Shown piece by piece: positions 29,669 through 39,995 of a stretch of 64,000 nt of DNA. The notes beneath the pieces are model-generated. The model saw only the letters and a list, made by a program, of their open reading frames with translations, was not told where the DNA came from and did not search any database. The first letter of the stretch is position 1; every line of letters begins with the position of its first letter. A program made the position numbers and the translations under genes. The DNA is from an uncultured Clostridiaceae bacterium (GTDB lineage: Bacteria > Bacillota > Clostridia > TANB77 > CAG-465): the NCBI GenBank assembly GCA_964653805.1, contig CAZZFS010000002.1, positions 81,768-145,767 on the forward strand, read 5' to 3'.

Positions 29669-30394
29669 CTATATTCCATTTGTTATACTATCTAAATATA
29701 CTTTTGAAAAAACTTCAAATTCATTTGAATCTTTTAATTTGAAATTAAAAATTTTTTTTATTTCTGAATTTATAATATATTTTATAGCAATATATGTTGA
29801 ATAATTAATTTTTAATAATTTTCTATTGCATTCTTTTTTTGAACAACTTTCACACAAAAATATATTATTTATATAATCATAATATATAACTTCATTTTTA
29901 TTTGATTCATTTAAAAAACTTTCTCTACATGAGCACATATCCATTCTTGGTGCAAACCCAAGTAAAGAAAGTAATTTGATTTTAAAAATAGCTGTTATAA
30001 ATTCTACTTTTGTATCCATACTATCGATAATAAATATAGTATTTAAAAATAGTTTTAAAATATTTTTGGTATCTTGATTTTCATCAGTAACATTAAATAA
30101 TATTTTTGTAAGTTCAAAAACAACTTGTAATTTATCAAAATCTGTTCTTAATTTATAAAAAGTATTTATTATATCAGCTGAATTTACATAGTAAAATTTG
30201 CTCCCTTTAAAAAGAACAAATTCACTATAAACTAAATACTGAGAATTTGCAAGTATAGGACTATTTATTTTTCTAGATCCTTTTGCCATACATGAAACTT
30301 TGCCAAGTTCATCTGTAAGTATAGTAATTATTTTATCATTATCTTGATAATTTACTTCTTTAATTATTATACCCTTTACTTTAATTAATTTCAT
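29669..30394 (-). CDS. recO: DNA repair protein RecO
   Basis: N-terminal OB-fold pattern (KVKGIIIKEVNYQDNDKIITILT...GKVSCMAKGSRK) and a C-terminal Cys motif. The era-yqzL-recO order is conserved. Confidence 0.85.
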   Translation of the reverse strand: MKLIKVKGIIIKEVNYQDNDKIITILTDELGKVSCMAKGSRKINSPILANSQYLVYSEFVLFKGSKFYYVNSADIINTFYKLRTDFDKLQVVFELTKILFNVTDENQDTKNILKLFLNTIFIIDSMDTKVEFITAIFKIKLLSLLGFAPRMDMCSCRESFLNESNKNEVIYYDYINNIFLCESCSKKECNRKLLKINYSTYIAIKYIINSEIKKIFNFKLKDSNEFEVFSKVYLDSITNGI

Positions 30395-30579
30395 ATACTT
30401 TTCTCACCTATTTTTTCACCAATAATTTCATCTATATTTCTTTTTATACTTTCCGTATCCAAACTATTTACCAATTGTATTAATTTTTTATATTCTAAAA
30501 AAGTTTCAATATCACCAGTTTGTAGAAAGTTTTCCCATGCTATTTTTTCATACATATTAACCACCTTCTTACATTTCAT
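30391..30579 (-). CDS. YqzL-like small protein
   Basis: 62-aa ORF between era and recO with a 4-nt ATGA overlap with recO. Its position and the W..F..TG.IE.YL pattern resemble YqzL. Confidence 0.55.
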   Translation of the reverse strand: MKCKKVVNMYEKIAWENFLQTGDIETFLEYKKLIQLVNSLDTESIKRNIDEIIGEKIGEKSI

Positions 30580-30618
30580 TTTAAATTGAAAAATGCTTTG
30601 AATGTAGTAAAAAATAAT

Positions 30619-31533
30619 TTATATTTTATTTTTTATATTTTGTAAGTATATATCATTTTGTTGCCAATTTTTTCTCATTTTTACCCAAATTTTCAAATTG
30701 ACTTTTTCTTCTAACATTTTTTCAATTTCTCTTCTTGACTCACTCCTTATTTTTTTTAACATTTCTCCGTCTTTACCAATTATAATACCTTTATGTGACA
30801 TTTTTTCGCAAATAATATTTACTTCTATATCATAAACTGTTTTATTATTAATATTTTCTCTACTTTTAAATTGTTCAACCTCTACTTTTATTCCATGAGG
30901 AACTTCTTCATCTAAGTTATTTAAAGCTTTTTCTCTTATTAATTCTTCAACAATTTCTCTTTCAGTTATATCAGTCATTTCATCATCTTGATACATTAAA
31001 TTCCCTTCAGGTAAATATTGTTCAATTTTATTTAAAAGAATATCTAGTCCGTCATTTTTATATATAGATATTGGTATTATTTCTTTAAATACACCATTTA
31101 TACTTTCCATATATGTATTATATTCATCCATTATTTTAAGTATATTTTCTTTTTTCACCTTATCTATTTTATTTATACAAAGAATTACTTTTTTACCTGT
31201 ATTAACTATATCTTCCATAATTCTTTTATTTGCTTCATCAATTCTTGATTTTGTTGCATCTACTAAGTATATTATAACATCAACAGATTTTATAGAATTT
31301 CTTACACCTTCCATCATATATTCACCCATTTTATTTTTAGGTAAATGTACTCCTGGTGTATCTATAAATACTATTTGTGATTTATCATTAGTAATGATAC
31401 CTTTAATATTAAATCTAGTAGTTTGTGGTTTTGGAGTTGTTATTGCCACCTTAAACCCTACTAATTTATTTACAAGTGTTGATTTGCCAGCATTTGGCTT
31501 CCCTATAATTGTTACGTATCCAAATTTAAACAT
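30619..31533 (-). CDS. era: GTPase Era
   Basis: G1 GKPNAGKST, G3 DTPG, G4 NKID, and a C-terminal KH domain (VNIICEKMSHKGIIIGKDGEMLKKI). Confidence 0.95.
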   Translation of the reverse strand: MFKFGYVTIIGKPNAGKSTLVNKLVGFKVAITTPKPQTTRFNIKGIITNDKSQIVFIDTPGVHLPKNKMGEYMMEGVRNSIKSVDVIIYLVDATKSRIDEANKRIMEDIVNTGKKVILCINKIDKVKKENILKIMDEYNTYMESINGVFKEIIPISIYKNDGLDILLNKIEQYLPEGNLMYQDDEMTDITEREIVEELIREKALNNLDEEVPHGIKVEVEQFKSRENINNKTVYDIEVNIICEKMSHKGIIIGKDGEMLKKIRSESRREIEKMLEEKVNLKIWVKMRKNWQQNDIYLQNIKNKI

Positions 31534-31559
31534 ATCTACCCTCCTCTCTTCTTACCTTT

Positions 31560-31588
31560 ATTATATCAAAAAAGTAGGTAAATTTCAA
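31560..31588 (-). promoter_or_regulatory. era promoter nested in the upstream terminator
   Basis: On the minus strand: TTGAAA (31588-31583, in the hairpin loop), 17 nt, TATAAT (31565-31560). Confidence 0.55.
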
Positions 31589-31597
31589 CTACCTACT
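31573..31597 (-). terminator. Terminator hairpin upstream of era
   Basis: AGTAGGTA (31573-31580) pairs with TACCTACT (31590-31597). TTTTTT follows on the minus strand. Confidence 0.6.
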
Positions 31598-31761
31598 CTT
31601 TCAATCACACTCTTTCAAAGTGTTATGTTAAACTTATTCTTTTAATCCGTTCTTATGCTTGATTTTTATTTAATTCATATATTTTATTTGTATAACTTAA
31701 ATTTTTTAGCATATTTGTTATACTTCGTATACCATACATACTAATTTTTTAAATTTACAGA

Positions 31762-33255
31762 TTAAATTCCAGACCCAAGAACTACTACAGGACGGAACCC
31801 AGTATAGAAATCTGCAACTCCATCATCGCCACTGAACGAAAACATACCACCGTTAATTCCATATGAGTAAAGACCACCACGTAAGAAGAACGGATAAGTC
31901 GAGAATGGCATATAAGAGTAATCAGTAAACCAGGAATTAGTATTTGGACTATCAACTGATGGTGAAGTTTCATATACAGCATCGCCTACTTTACTTGAAT
32001 TTGCTAAATAATTTGCTGTTGCTACATCTCCATTTGATGTATATACATCTTTATATTGATTTCCAGCTGTATATAAGCTATTTCCATTTGTTGTTAAACT
32101 ACTATTTCCGTTTGCTAAATAGCCTGCTACAAGTTCATATGTACATCCATTCATGTCATATATTCCATATACATTTCCGGTTGTACTTGTTTGTACTCCG
32201 TATGTTACATTATTGTATGCATATGTACTTGTTGTTGCTACTGCTGCTGAATTTACTCCTGTTCCTGCTCTTCCTGTTTTAAAACTACTATCTGGATTCA
32301 TCCATACTTCACTATTTTTTCCGTATATACTTTGTGTAAGATATGCTGCTGCTCCCCATTCTACATTTTTGATTAAATGTGTATCTAGATTTGTTGTCGA
32401 CCATCCATATTTTGCTGTATTTGTTGCCATACTTAAACATGCTGTAAACATATCATTTATTGATAACTGTCTTAATGAAATAACTTCTGGTTTAACTTCT
32501 ATTGAACTAGCACTTCCACTTGCTTCAAATTTTGCTACCCATATTCCAGCTAATTGTGTACTTCCAAATGTAAATGCTGGATGAACTATATATCCACTTG
32601 TTGGTGTAGTTTGTGTTATTGGTATAAAATTCACATCTATAGTTTGTGCTGTACTACTATGTGGTGTTGGTATTTTATATTCGTATCTTGGTATCCATAC
32701 CCACATACTTCCATCTGTTGTTCTAGCATTTGCCCATTGTTTACTTTCGTAATTATACCAAGACGAATCAGTTGATGTTGTTGTTACAACATTCCCACTT
32801 ACATCCCATTTTATTGGAGTCATTCCTGTTGATAAAACTGGTGCATTTACTATTAGTGTAGCCTTTTCTGTTGATATATTTATACTTTCAGCCCAAGTTT
32901 TTTTTGTAGAATTTTCTGATACATATCTTAATGTACCACTTACTACTGCTATTTCATCATTATATTTTGTTTTACCATTTAAACTTGGTATATATGTAAA
33001 TAATGTTGTAGTGTCGGTAAAATCTGCATTTAATGTACTTTGATCAAATTGCCCTTTTGTAATTGAATATTGCTGTGCTTTATACATATTTAATTCATCA
33101 TTAAATGTTGATAAATCGTTTAAAAATGTTGCTTTATTTGCTGAATCTATTGGATTATTACTTGTTAATGTAAGTATTACTGCTGCCGCTAGTATTATTA
33201 CTACAATTATTGTTATCACTAATACTATTAATGATATACCTCTTTTATTTTTCAT
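31762..33255 (-). CDS. Pilin-like N-terminus protein with a large Thr/Ser/Asn-rich extracellular domain (C-terminal FGE/SUMF1-like pattern)
   Basis: MKNKRGISLIVLVITIIVVIILAAAV is prepilin-like. Later motifs are WVWIPRYEYK, HPAF, GIWVAKFEAS, NVEWGAAAYL, GIYDMNGCTYELVAG, FFLRGG and GFRPVV. Start set at the ATG after AGGTGA. Confidence 0.6.
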   Translation of the reverse strand: MKNKRGISLIVLVITIIVVIILAAAVILTLTSNNPIDSANKATFLNDLSTFNDELNMYKAQQYSITKGQFDQSTLNADFTDTTTLFTYIPSLNGKTKYNDEIAVVSGTLRYVSENSTKKTWAESINISTEKATLIVNAPVLSTGMTPIKWDVSGNVVTTTSTDSSWYNYESKQWANARTTDGSMWVWIPRYEYKIPTPHSSTAQTIDVNFIPITQTTPTSGYIVHPAFTFGSTQLAGIWVAKFEASGSASSIEVKPEVISLRQLSINDMFTACLSMATNTAKYGWSTTNLDTHLIKNVEWGAAAYLTQSIYGKNSEVWMNPDSSFKTGRAGTGVNSAAVATTSTYAYNNVTYGVQTSTTGNVYGIYDMNGCTYELVAGYLANGNSSLTTNGNSLYTAGNQYKDVYTSNGDVATANYLANSSKVGDAVYETSPSVDSPNTNSWFTDYSYMPFSTYPFFLRGGLYSYGINGGMFSFSGDDGVADFYTGFRPVVVLGSGI

Positions 33256-33295
33256 TATTTTCACCTTTCTTTTGTTTCTTCAATTTTTAATTTAC

Positions 33296-35296
33296 TTATA
33301 TTAATTTTTTTTTGTAACTTAAACTAAAAAGCACCGCCACCACCGGCCACCACCGGCCACCGCCACCAGAACCACCACCAGAGTATCCTCCAGATGATGA
33401 AGAACTAGGAATACTTGTTGCTGAATCAGCCATACTTCTCATTGTTGACGAATAAATAGCCATTCCCATAAGAGGATGTGTATTATATATATATTCATCA
33501 TCATATCCTTTTTGTAATAATTCTTCTTTAAATTCTTTACTTACCTTATCAGCAATTCCAAATAAAGTAGCAAATACTAAATATTTATCCCATAAAGCCA
33601 TTTCTATTGGATATCTATCTTTTATTAAGCTATAATCTTTTAAATATTTTTCTAATCCTTTTATATTTTTATAATCATCTCTTACTTCTTCTTTTATTAA
33701 TTTACAACCAGTTGAAATAGTTGCCATAATTATAATAAAATAAATAAATAATGAACACCCTCCAACAGATAATATTCCAATATTATCTGTAAGTGGAGAT
33801 ATAAATATATTATTTATTAAAAATATTAAAACTAAAGATATCAACATAATAATAACACTCATATAATTTTTCATTGATATTTTTTGATAAATTAAAGGTT
33901 CTTTATTACTGCTCATTTCTGAAACATTTTTGTTATATTTAGTTATAACAGAAGTTTTAGTTGCTAACGTTTCAAATGTATCATTTAATTCTATTTTTTT
34001 ATTAATTATTTTTTCAATGTCTAAAACACTAGATGCTTTATATTCAAATATATAATTTATAACTAATTTTTCATATTCAGTAAGTTCTTCAAGATTTGCT
34101 TTTTGATTTATTGTTATAAAATAATCATAATCTACTCCCATAGAAAAGATACCTTTTTTAACTTTTTTCAAGCATTCTAAATTAATATATTTTTTATTTG
34201 ATAAATCAAGTATTGTAGCAAGTAACACATTTGTATCACCATAACCAGAAAATTTATTTGTTATCATAGCATATTCAGCTAATTCTCTACCTTCTAAAGG
34301 TTCAGTGTAATAACCAATTTCTTCTTTTCTAGGAACATATTTAGATGTAACTTTTTTCATTTTTACAATCATAATCACAACTATTACCAAAGCAAAAATC
34401 ACCAATAAAACATTAATAATTATAAATAAAAAATAGCTTTTATTTCCTGAAGACATCTTTTTTTCAATTTTATTTAATTCATTAATATCATAATTTTTAA
34501 CTATATTTTTTTTAACTTCACCTAAAGTTGTTACTGGGAATACAACTCTTGCATCAACTGCTATACCACTATTTATATTTGTTGCATTAATTGATATATT
34601 TGAATCAGTTTTTGAACTACTTATATCTCCAACATAACCATGTGGATATACCAAAACTTCATTTAAATTAACAGAATTTTCAAAAGAAATATTTATATTT
34701 AAATTTTCTATTAAACATTTCCAGTCCTTACCAAGAAAATTCCAATATAACTCACCTTTATCTGTATATTTTACTGCCACATCATCTAATGTATATTTAT
34801 ATTTCACATATTTATATTCTCCATTATCTACTGGAGAATAAACTTTAAGTTCTACTTTATCTCCATCACTTGATAAATTTTGCATTGAATAAAAATCACT
34901 CATACCATTAACTAAATTCTCACTAAGTTTTGATTCTTTCATATTATCAAAACCTATATCTGATGTATATACACTAACATCAGACACACCATTTGATTGA
35001 TATCTTGATGATGTTGGTTCCATATCAGATTTTTGACTACTATAGTTATATTTATACATTATTTCTCTAAAAACACCATTCATAGATTTAGAAAATTTAT
35101 ATTTTAAAAATTCTTCTACTTCTAAATCACCATTTTCTTTAACAATAGCATTTATTTTATAATCTTCTATTTTATAATCAGCACCTTTTACATTTGAAAA
35201 TGTAATACTAATTAATATGATAATAAAAGTTAATAATAAAGTTTTTAAGATTTTTTTGTTTTTTATAATTTCATCAAAAGAATAATCTTTTTTCAC
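33296..35296 (-). CDS. DUF2207 family membrane protein
   Basis: N-terminal signal/TM, then YKIEDYKINAIVKENGDLEVEEFLKYKF (DUF2207 start pattern). Central and C-terminal TM helices and a Gly/Ser-rich tail. GTG start after GGGGGA. Confidence 0.7.
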   Translation of the reverse strand: MKKDYSFDEIIKNKKILKTLLLTFIIILISITFSNVKGADYKIEDYKINAIVKENGDLEVEEFLKYKFSKSMNGVFREIMYKYNYSSQKSDMEPTSSRYQSNGVSDVSVYTSDIGFDNMKESKLSENLVNGMSDFYSMQNLSSDGDKVELKVYSPVDNGEYKYVKYKYTLDDVAVKYTDKGELYWNFLGKDWKCLIENLNINISFENSVNLNEVLVYPHGYVGDISSSKTDSNISINATNINSGIAVDARVVFPVTTLGEVKKNIVKNYDINELNKIEKKMSSGNKSYFLFIIINVLLVIFALVIVVIMIVKMKKVTSKYVPRKEEIGYYTEPLEGRELAEYAMITNKFSGYGDTNVLLATILDLSNKKYINLECLKKVKKGIFSMGVDYDYFITINQKANLEELTEYEKLVINYIFEYKASSVLDIEKIINKKIELNDTFETLATKTSVITKYNKNVSEMSSNKEPLIYQKISMKNYMSVIIMLISLVLIFLINNIFISPLTDNIGILSVGGCSLFIYFIIIMATISTGCKLIKEEVRDDYKNIKGLEKYLKDYSLIKDRYPIEMALWDKYLVFATLFGIADKVSKEFKEELLQKGYDDEYIYNTHPLMGMAIYSSTMRSMADSATSIPSSSSSGGYSGGGSGGGGRWWPVVAVLFSLSYKKKLI

Positions 35297-35319
35297 AACA
35301 ATTCCCCCTATAATAATTT

Positions 35320-35826
35320 TTAATAAAATGAATTAGCATTATATTTTTTTATAACTTTTACTGCTGTTAGTTCTTTAGCTTCTGGATTTATTTTTTTTTC
35401 TTCACAATAAATTAAAACAATATCTCCATTATCTATATCATTTAAACTTATTTGATTATTATTTATATTGGTTTTATCTCTATAAGAAGTAAGATTATTT
35501 ACTTTAATTAAAATTTCACCTTTTCCTGATGCAGGATAAGAAGATCTTATAGAATCTAATTTTATTTCTTTTAAAGTTTTAGACATAAAATCTATTTTAC
35601 CATAAACAAAATAATTACTTTGCTTAGAAAATATTTCTTCATTTTTTTCTATATATTTAACAGACATAAAAATTATTGAACCTATTACAAGTATTGTAAA
35701 TATTATCTTTAATATTCTAAAACCATTAACAAATTTAAATATTAGTTTTAAAATCAAAAATGCTATTGCACTTCCAACTATTATAAGTAATAAATCTGGA
35801 TCAATGTATTTTGCTATTAATTCCAT
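35320..35826 (-). CDS. Hypothetical two-TM membrane protein
   Basis: 168-aa ORF with two N-terminal hydrophobic helices. Start set at the ATG after AGGTGG. 23-nt gap to the DUF2207 gene. Confidence 0.55.
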   Translation of the reverse strand: MELIAKYIDPDLLLIIVGSAIAFLILKLIFKFVNGFRILKIIFTILVIGSIIFMSVKYIEKNEEIFSKQSNYFVYGKIDFMSKTLKEIKLDSIRSSYPASGKGEILIKVNNLTSYRDKTNINNNQISLNDIDNGDIVLIYCEEKKINPEAKELTAVKVIKKYNANSFY

Positions 35827-35856
35827 ATACAACCACCTTTCTAAAAATATATTTTA

Positions 35857-38016
35857 TTATTTTTCTATATTTTTCATACTTAAACTAACTTTTGCTTTTT
35901 CTTTATCAATTTTTATAACTCTAACATTTACAATATCACCAACTGAAATTTCTTCCATTGGATTTCTAACAAACTTATCACTTATTTCAGATATATGAAC
36001 TAAACCATCATTTTTAACACCTATATCTACAAAAGCACCAAAATCTATTACATTTCTTATAGTTCCTTGTAAAACCATACCTTCTCTTAAATCTTCAAAT
36101 TTTAATACATCACTTTTTAAAATTGGTTTTGGTAACTCATCTCTTGGATCTCTTCCTGGTTTCTTTAATTCAGAAATTATATCTTGTATTGTTACAACAC
36201 CTACATCAAATTCTTTTGAAACACTTTCTAAATCAATTGTATCTAATTTAACTTTTATTTTATCTATATCTTCATTTTTTATTTTTTTAATATCAAAACC
36301 AATTAATTTAATTAATTTTTCTGCTATACTATATGATTCTGGATGTACCATAGTATTATCTAATATATTTTTTGATTCTGGTACTTTTAAAAATCCTGCA
36401 CATTGTAAAAATGCACTTTTTCCAAGTTTAGGTACTTTTAATAATTCTTTTCTATTAGAAAATTTACCTAATTCTTCTCTATATTTAACTATATTATTTG
36501 AAACAGTTGCATTTACACCAGAAACATATGAAAGTAATGACGGAGTTGCAGTATTTAAATCTACACCTACACTATTTACAGCATTTTCAACAACTCCTGT
36601 AAGAGTGGTATCTAATCTTTTTTGATTTACATCATGTTGATATTGCCCAACACCTATACTCTTAGGATCTATTTTAACAAGTTCAGCCATTGGATCTTGT
36701 AAACGTCTTGCTATTGAAATAGCACCTCTTATTGATACATTTATATCCGGATATTCTTTTGTAGCAAGTTCTGATGCTGAATATACTGATGCTCCTGCTT
36801 CATTTACACTTGCACAATACAATTTTTGTTTCAACACTTTTATAACAGAAGCAACAAATTGTTGAGCCTCACGAGAAGCTGTTCCATTTCCTATTGCTAT
36901 CATTTCAACATTATATTTTTCTATTAAACTAATCATTATTTTAGTAGCACCTACAACATCATTTTGTGGTTGTGTAGGATAGATAGTTGTATAATCAAGT
37001 AATTTACCTGTTTCATCTATTATTGCTATTTTACAACCTGTTCTATATGCTGGATCAAATCCCATTATTGTCATATTTTTAAGTGGCGCGCCCATAAGTA
37101 AGTTTTTTATATTTACGCCAAAAACTTTTATAGCTTGTTCAGAAGCCTCTTCAAATTTATCACTTCTTATTTCTCTTTCAATTGAAGGTTTAATAAGTCT
37201 TTTATATGAATCAGCAATTGCACTTATTATATTTTCTTTAAAAATACTTTCGCCTTTTAATATTTCTTTTTCTAAGTATACTTGAATTTGTTCTTCATCA
37301 ACTTCAAATTTAACTTTTAAAAAATCTTCTTTTTCACCTCTATGAATAGCAAGTACTCTATGACTAGGTATTTTATTTATAGATTCAAAAAAACTATAAT
37401 ACATATCATATACAGATTTCTCATCTGGTTTCGTTGCAACAGTAACTAATTTACCTGTCATATATGATATTCTTCTAATATTTTTTCTATAATTTGCATT
37501 ATCTGAAATATCTTCTGCTATTATATCAAGAGCTCCTGAAATAGCTTCTTCTGGAGTTTTAACATCTAATTCAACGTTTACAAATTCTTCTGCTACTTTA
37601 TTTATATCGCCCTCTTTTAAAGTTTGTTTTATTATAATTTCAGCAAGTTTTTCTAAACCTTTTTCTTTTGCAATTGTTGCTTTTGTTCTTTTTTTAGGTT
37701 TAAATGGTCTATATATATCCTCTATCTCAGCTAAAATATTTGAACCTATTATTTTAACTTTTAATTCATCAGTAAGCTTTCCTTGCTCATCAATTAATCT
37801 TATTACTTCTTCTTTTCTAGATTCTAAATTTTTTAAATATTCTAATCTATCATTTAATTTTCTTAAAATTTCGTCATCTAAATTTCCTGTAACTTCTTTT
37901 CTATATCTTGCTATAAAAGGAATTGTATTTCCTCCTTCTATAAGTTCTATTGTACTTATTACTTGACTTTTTTTTATTCCTAACTCTAAAGCTAATTTAT
38001 CTATTATTATTTCCAT
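35857..38016 (-). CDS. tex: Tex-family transcription accessory protein (S1 RNA-binding domain)
   Basis: 719 aa. The N-terminus ELGIKKSQVISTIELIEGGNTIPFIARYRKE, the YqgF-like and HhH regions, and the C-terminal S1 domain (GTIRNVIDFGAFVDIG) are all typical of Tex. Confidence 0.92.
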   Translation of the reverse strand: MEIIIDKLALELGIKKSQVISTIELIEGGNTIPFIARYRKEVTGNLDDEILRKLNDRLEYLKNLESRKEEVIRLIDEQGKLTDELKVKIIGSNILAEIEDIYRPFKPKKRTKATIAKEKGLEKLAEIIIKQTLKEGDINKVAEEFVNVELDVKTPEEAISGALDIIAEDISDNANYRKNIRRISYMTGKLVTVATKPDEKSVYDMYYSFFESINKIPSHRVLAIHRGEKEDFLKVKFEVDEEQIQVYLEKEILKGESIFKENIISAIADSYKRLIKPSIEREIRSDKFEEASEQAIKVFGVNIKNLLMGAPLKNMTIMGFDPAYRTGCKIAIIDETGKLLDYTTIYPTQPQNDVVGATKIMISLIEKYNVEMIAIGNGTASREAQQFVASVIKVLKQKLYCASVNEAGASVYSASELATKEYPDINVSIRGAISIARRLQDPMAELVKIDPKSIGVGQYQHDVNQKRLDTTLTGVVENAVNSVGVDLNTATPSLLSYVSGVNATVSNNIVKYREELGKFSNRKELLKVPKLGKSAFLQCAGFLKVPESKNILDNTMVHPESYSIAEKLIKLIGFDIKKIKNEDIDKIKVKLDTIDLESVSKEFDVGVVTIQDIISELKKPGRDPRDELPKPILKSDVLKFEDLREGMVLQGTIRNVIDFGAFVDIGVKNDGLVHISEISDKFVRNPMEEISVGDIVNVRVIKIDKEKAKVSLSMKNIEK

Positions 38017-38162
38017 TTTTAGTTCCTTTCGTTTATTATGTTTTTTTATTTATTCCATACATTATATATATCACAAAGAGTAAAAAAATGCAATAAATTC
38101 AAATGATATTTAAGTATATTAAAGAAATTTATATTCATTAAAGAATTTAAATTTATGTTCAA

Positions 38163-38206
38163 AAAAACAACTGTAAACTCATTATTTTAAGTTTACAGTT
38201 GTTTTT
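38163..38206 (-). terminator. Terminator after the DEAD-box helicase gene
   Basis: CAACTGTAAAC pairs with GTTTACAGTTG (11 bp), extended by an A run and a T run. Confidence 0.75.
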
Positions 38207-38267
38207 TATTTTATTTTTTTAATATATAATTTAATATTATAATTAATATTTTTTTATACACTATTTA

Positions 38268-39869
38268 TTAATTCTTTTTACCAGTAGAAATTTCTATAGC
38301 TACTCTTCTACCATTATATTTTGTATTATTTAAAGCATTTATAACTTTAGAACTAACTTTTGTATTTAAAGTTACAAAAGAAAATTTATCTAAAACTTCT
38401 ACATCATATATATCATTTTTTGATATACCAACAGTACTTGTTATATAATCTTTTAAATCTGCTCTTTTTAAATTATCTTTTTTACCAAGAGTAATAAATA
38501 ATCTAGTATTATCACCTTTACCAGTTCTAGCAGCACTTCTGCTAACTTCAGCAAATTCTATTTCTTTAACTTTATTTTTTCTTAATTTCATATGTAATAA
38601 AGCTGCAGCAATATCAACTGGTGATTTATCATTAACTTCCATATATTCAGTTATGATAGCTTTTTCTTCTTCAAATTTTGAAGTTTCTAATTCTTTTGTT
38701 AATCTTTCTAATAGTTCATTTTTCTTCTTGTCATTTAAATCCTTAGCTGTTGGGATACTATATTCTTTTAAAGTTGTTTTTGTATATCTTTCAATATTTC
38801 TAACTTTACCCATTTCTTTATTATTAACAAAAGTTATAGCTACGCCTTCTTTACCAGCTCTTCCTGTTCTACCTATTCTATGCACATAATATTCTTCATC
38901 ACTTGGTATATTATAATTTATTATAATTTCAACGTCATCTACATCTATTCCTCTAGCTGCAACGTCAGTTGCTACTAAAACATTAATAGTACCACTTCTA
39001 AATTTTTTCATTACTACATCTCTTTGAGATTGTTTCATATCACCATGAAGTGCATCAACTTTATATCCATTAGTTTGTAAATGTGCCGTAACATCATCAA
39101 CTTTTCTTTTTGTATTACAAAATACAACTCCTAATTTTAATTCCATTGAATCGAATATTCTTACTAATGCATCTGATTTTAAGTTTTCATGTATTTTTAA
39201 ATAATGTTGCTCTATTTTTGGAGTAACCATTTGACTTTGAGATACTTTAATAACAATAGCATCTTTCTTTTGATACTTATTTGTTATATCCATAATTCCT
39301 TTTGACATAGTAGCTGAGAAAAGTACAATTTGTTTTTCAGAAGTAGCACTTTTTAATATTATATCAATATCTTCTCTAAATCCCATGTTTAACATTTCAT
39401 CCGCTTCATCTAAAACTAACATTGATAAATTATTTAATTTCAAAGTTTTTCTTCTTAAATGATCCATTACTCTTCCTGGAGTACCAACAACAATTTGTGG
39501 ATTTCTTCTAAGAGCCATAATTTGTCTATCTATTTGTTGACCACCGTAAACAGAAACTATTTTCACGTCCTTTTTATATTTTATTAATTGTTCAAGACCT
39601 TCACTTGTTTGAATAGCAAGTTCTCTAGTTGGACAAAGTACCAATATTTGAACATTTTTATCTTCTAAGTCTAATTTTTCTATAGCAGGTATTCCAAACG
39701 CATACGTTTTCCCTGTTCCTGTTTGAGCAAGACCTGTAACATCTTTACCTGTCATAACCTCTGGTATAGCTTTTGATTGTATTGGAGTAGCTTCACAAAA
39801 CCCCATTTCATCTAATGCTCTTTGTATTTCATTAGATAAATTTAATTCACTAAATTTTAAATTCTTCAT
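38268..39869 (-). CDS. DEAD-box ATP-dependent RNA helicase with a DbpA-type C-terminal RNA-binding domain
   Basis: Q motif, AQTGTGKT, DEAD, SAT, HRIGRTGRAG. The C-terminal ~75 aa are DbpA-like (RLFITLGKKDNLKRADL...). Confidence 0.9.
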   Translation of the reverse strand: MKNLKFSELNLSNEIQRALDEMGFCEATPIQSKAIPEVMTGKDVTGLAQTGTGKTYAFGIPAIEKLDLEDKNVQILVLCPTRELAIQTSEGLEQLIKYKKDVKIVSVYGGQQIDRQIMALRRNPQIVVGTPGRVMDHLRRKTLKLNNLSMLVLDEADEMLNMGFREDIDIILKSATSEKQIVLFSATMSKGIMDITNKYQKKDAIVIKVSQSQMVTPKIEQHYLKIHENLKSDALVRIFDSMELKLGVVFCNTKRKVDDVTAHLQTNGYKVDALHGDMKQSQRDVVMKKFRSGTINVLVATDVAARGIDVDDVEIIINYNIPSDEEYYVHRIGRTGRAGKEGVAITFVNNKEMGKVRNIERYTKTTLKEYSIPTAKDLNDKKKNELLERLTKELETSKFEEEKAIITEYMEVNDKSPVDIAAALLHMKLRKNKVKEIEFAEVSRSAARTGKGDNTRLFITLGKKDNLKRADLKDYITSTVGISKNDIYDVEVLDKFSFVTLNTKVSSKVINALNNTKYNGRRVAIEISTGKKN

Positions 39870-39995
39870 TTTAACCCTTTCATATTTTCATATTTTACAA
39901 AAAAAAATAAATTACAAATACTTAATTGTAATTTATTAATTACTTAGTTTTTCTAACATGTCTATTTTGCATAATTAATATTATACCACAAAAAA

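Noticed and set aside
30391-30394. 4-nt overlap between the YqzL-like ORF and recO
   Set aside because: An ATGA stop/start overlap is ordinary translational coupling and is not a frameshift or fusion.
31944-32775. Plus-strand ORFs (31944-32282, 32153-32584, 32554-32775) and the alternative minus-frame ORF 31785-31982 inside the pilin-like gene
   Set aside because: They lie entirely inside a well-supported minus-strand CDS. Their products are low complexity (L/H/Y/C-rich), and they have no RBS. They are antisense or off-frame artefacts of biased codon composition.
33321-33375. Sharp GC-rich island (GCACCGCCACCACCGGCCACCACCGGCCACCGCCACC) with a 10-bp direct repeat GGCCGGTGGT x2 on the coding strand
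   Set aside because: It encodes the Gly/Ser-rich tail of the DUF2207 protein, and that coding requirement explains the GC spike. Two extra C residues interrupt the (GGY)n run, and another frame would end in GGGGAF*. Without reads or homologues I cannot tell a real frameshift from the natural C-terminus.
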